Source of the DNA: a virus
Taxonomy: Duplodnaviria > Caudoviricetes
Virus record (IMG/VR): IMGVR_UViG_3300022407_007576
Location: 1 to 25,898 of that record
Direction: 5' to 3' (one strand)
Length of the DNA stretch: 25,898 nt
Positions 24,948-25,898 of this stretch are shown in pieces. Within the stretch, counting starts at the first letter, position 1, and each line of letters opens with the position of its first letter. The notes below the pieces were generated by a model. It ran no database searches, had not been told where the DNA came from, and worked only from the letters and a program-made list of their open reading frames with translations. The position numbers and the translations under genes are program-made.

Positions 24948-25898
24948 TATATTTCTAATTTAATTTCACCTCTAATAACTTTATTCATATGTCTGTTAGC
25001 ACAAAGTGCTGATTCTTGAATAATACGTTGACCACTTAATGTAATAGCTTCTGATAAAATGACATTTCCGTATCTAAATGAAGGCAATGCTGTAGCACCA
25101 TAAAGTGAGTTAAGTAAGATTTTCATTGTATATTGTAATAAATGATTCTTTTCACCACCTACTGTATCACCTGCTTTATAAGCAGCTTTCATTCTATTTT
25201 TGTATAAAACCCTTTCATCAAACCATTTATTCAAAATAGTAGATAATACTGACTCTTTATCTGTACGGAATATAACACCATTTGCTGAGATAGCCAAATT
25301 ATATTGCTGAAGTAGTTTAACTAATTTGGAAGAAGTCCAATCAATTTTATTGAATTTATCTTTATTAGTAAACCATTCAGTAGTACGAGGTTTATCTTCA
25401 GTATCAGCTATTAAATCGTTTAAACCCAAATGATTATTTCTATCATTTAAATCAATAATTCTACCTACTAATGTTTCCTTACCAATGTTTAAAGACATGA
25501 TAATTGAAGGGTATAGTGAAGTTAAATCTTCATCAAACATATAGCGGTATAAACCTGCTTTAGGGCAAAATAAATAACCACCAGCATAATTAGCTTTTTT
25601 AATGGGATTTCTATCTCTAGAAGGAGGAACTATATCTTCAGATAATAAGAAGGCTGAGATAGCACCATCATGGATTTTTGATGATTGATAAACATCATCA
25701 TAATGAATTTTACCTTTATGGGCTAAATTTTTAGTTAAACTAATATAGTTAAATTTATTATCTAATGCTTTTAAAATTTCAACATCTCGAAAGTTATACT
25801 CAATAAACTTTTCTTTATCAGTTTCAAATAATCTATCCAAACTACCTTCATACTCAATTTTAGATAATTTACAATACTTTTCACCTAATACATCTATC
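24947..25898 (-). CDS. polB: Family B DNA polymerase, N-terminal part (exonuclease end, motif A, motif B); partial at the right edge
   Basis: The frame stays open to the window edge (IDVLGEKYCKLSKIEYEGSLDRLF). YNFRD (ExoIII), YAGGY, DLTSLYPSII (motif A), KILLNSLYG (motif B), AITLSGQ. Confidence 0.93.
   Translation of the reverse strand, partial: IDVLGEKYCKLSKIEYEGSLDRLFETDKEKFIEYNFRDVEILKALDNKFNYISLTKNLAHKGKIHYDDVYQSSKIHDGAISAFLLSEDIVPPSRDRNPIKKANYAGGYLFCPKAGLYRYMFDEDLTSLYPSIIMSLNIGKETLVGRIIDLNDRNNHLGLNDLIADTEDKPRTTEWFTNKDKFNKIDWTSSKLVKLLQQYNLAISANGVIFRTDKESVLSTILNKWFDERVLYKNRMKAAYKAGDTVGGEKNHLLQYTMKILLNSLYGATALPSFRYGNVILSEAITLSGQRIIQESALCANRHMNKVIRGEIKLEI

Noticed and set aside
24683-24949. 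Group I intron or split intein as the explanation for the polB interruption
   Set aside because: Only a GATATAG fragment resembles the group I S element, and I found no matching R/P7 partner. The interval is fully occupied by a coupled ORF, and no intein N- or C-terminal motifs are present. A covariance-model search would settle it.
1-25898. Stop-codon reassignment, as seen in some large phages
   Set aside because: Genes tile densely under the standard code. TAG (e.g. 6561, 17370) and TGA (ATGA overlaps) end genes at sensible boundaries, and the polB break is at TAA.

Overview
AT-rich, densely tiled window with every credible gene on the minus strand. It is most consistent with a large (jumbo-type) tailed dsDNA phage. 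A Bacteroidota host is inferred from promoter shape and the general absence of Shine-Dalgarno motifs. In transcription order (right to left) it holds: (1) a family B DNA polymerase split into two in-frame ORFs by an 87-aa gene, then a sliding clamp; (2) a chaperone set (Hsp20, GroES, GroEL); (3) clamp-loader subunits, a DUF3310-like protein, a Cas4/AddB-like Fe-S nuclease and a small RHH-like regulator; (4) a ~14.4 kb glycosylation island with up to nine glycosyltransferase-like genes, an RfbH/DdhC-type dehydrase, an RmlD-like reductase, a sugar methyltransferase, a HAD-nucleotidyltransferase fusion and a GDPD-like protein; (5) hypothetical genes, a catalytically degenerate HNH protein and two acidic proteins sharing an N-terminal leader that resembles a capsid-targeting sequence. 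Notable non-coding signals are an inverted repeat bracketing hsp20, two recurrent promoter-like motifs and a palindrome upstream of the groES-groEL unit. No tRNA, rRNA or CRISPR array was seen. All family calls come from motif recognition by eye, not database searches.
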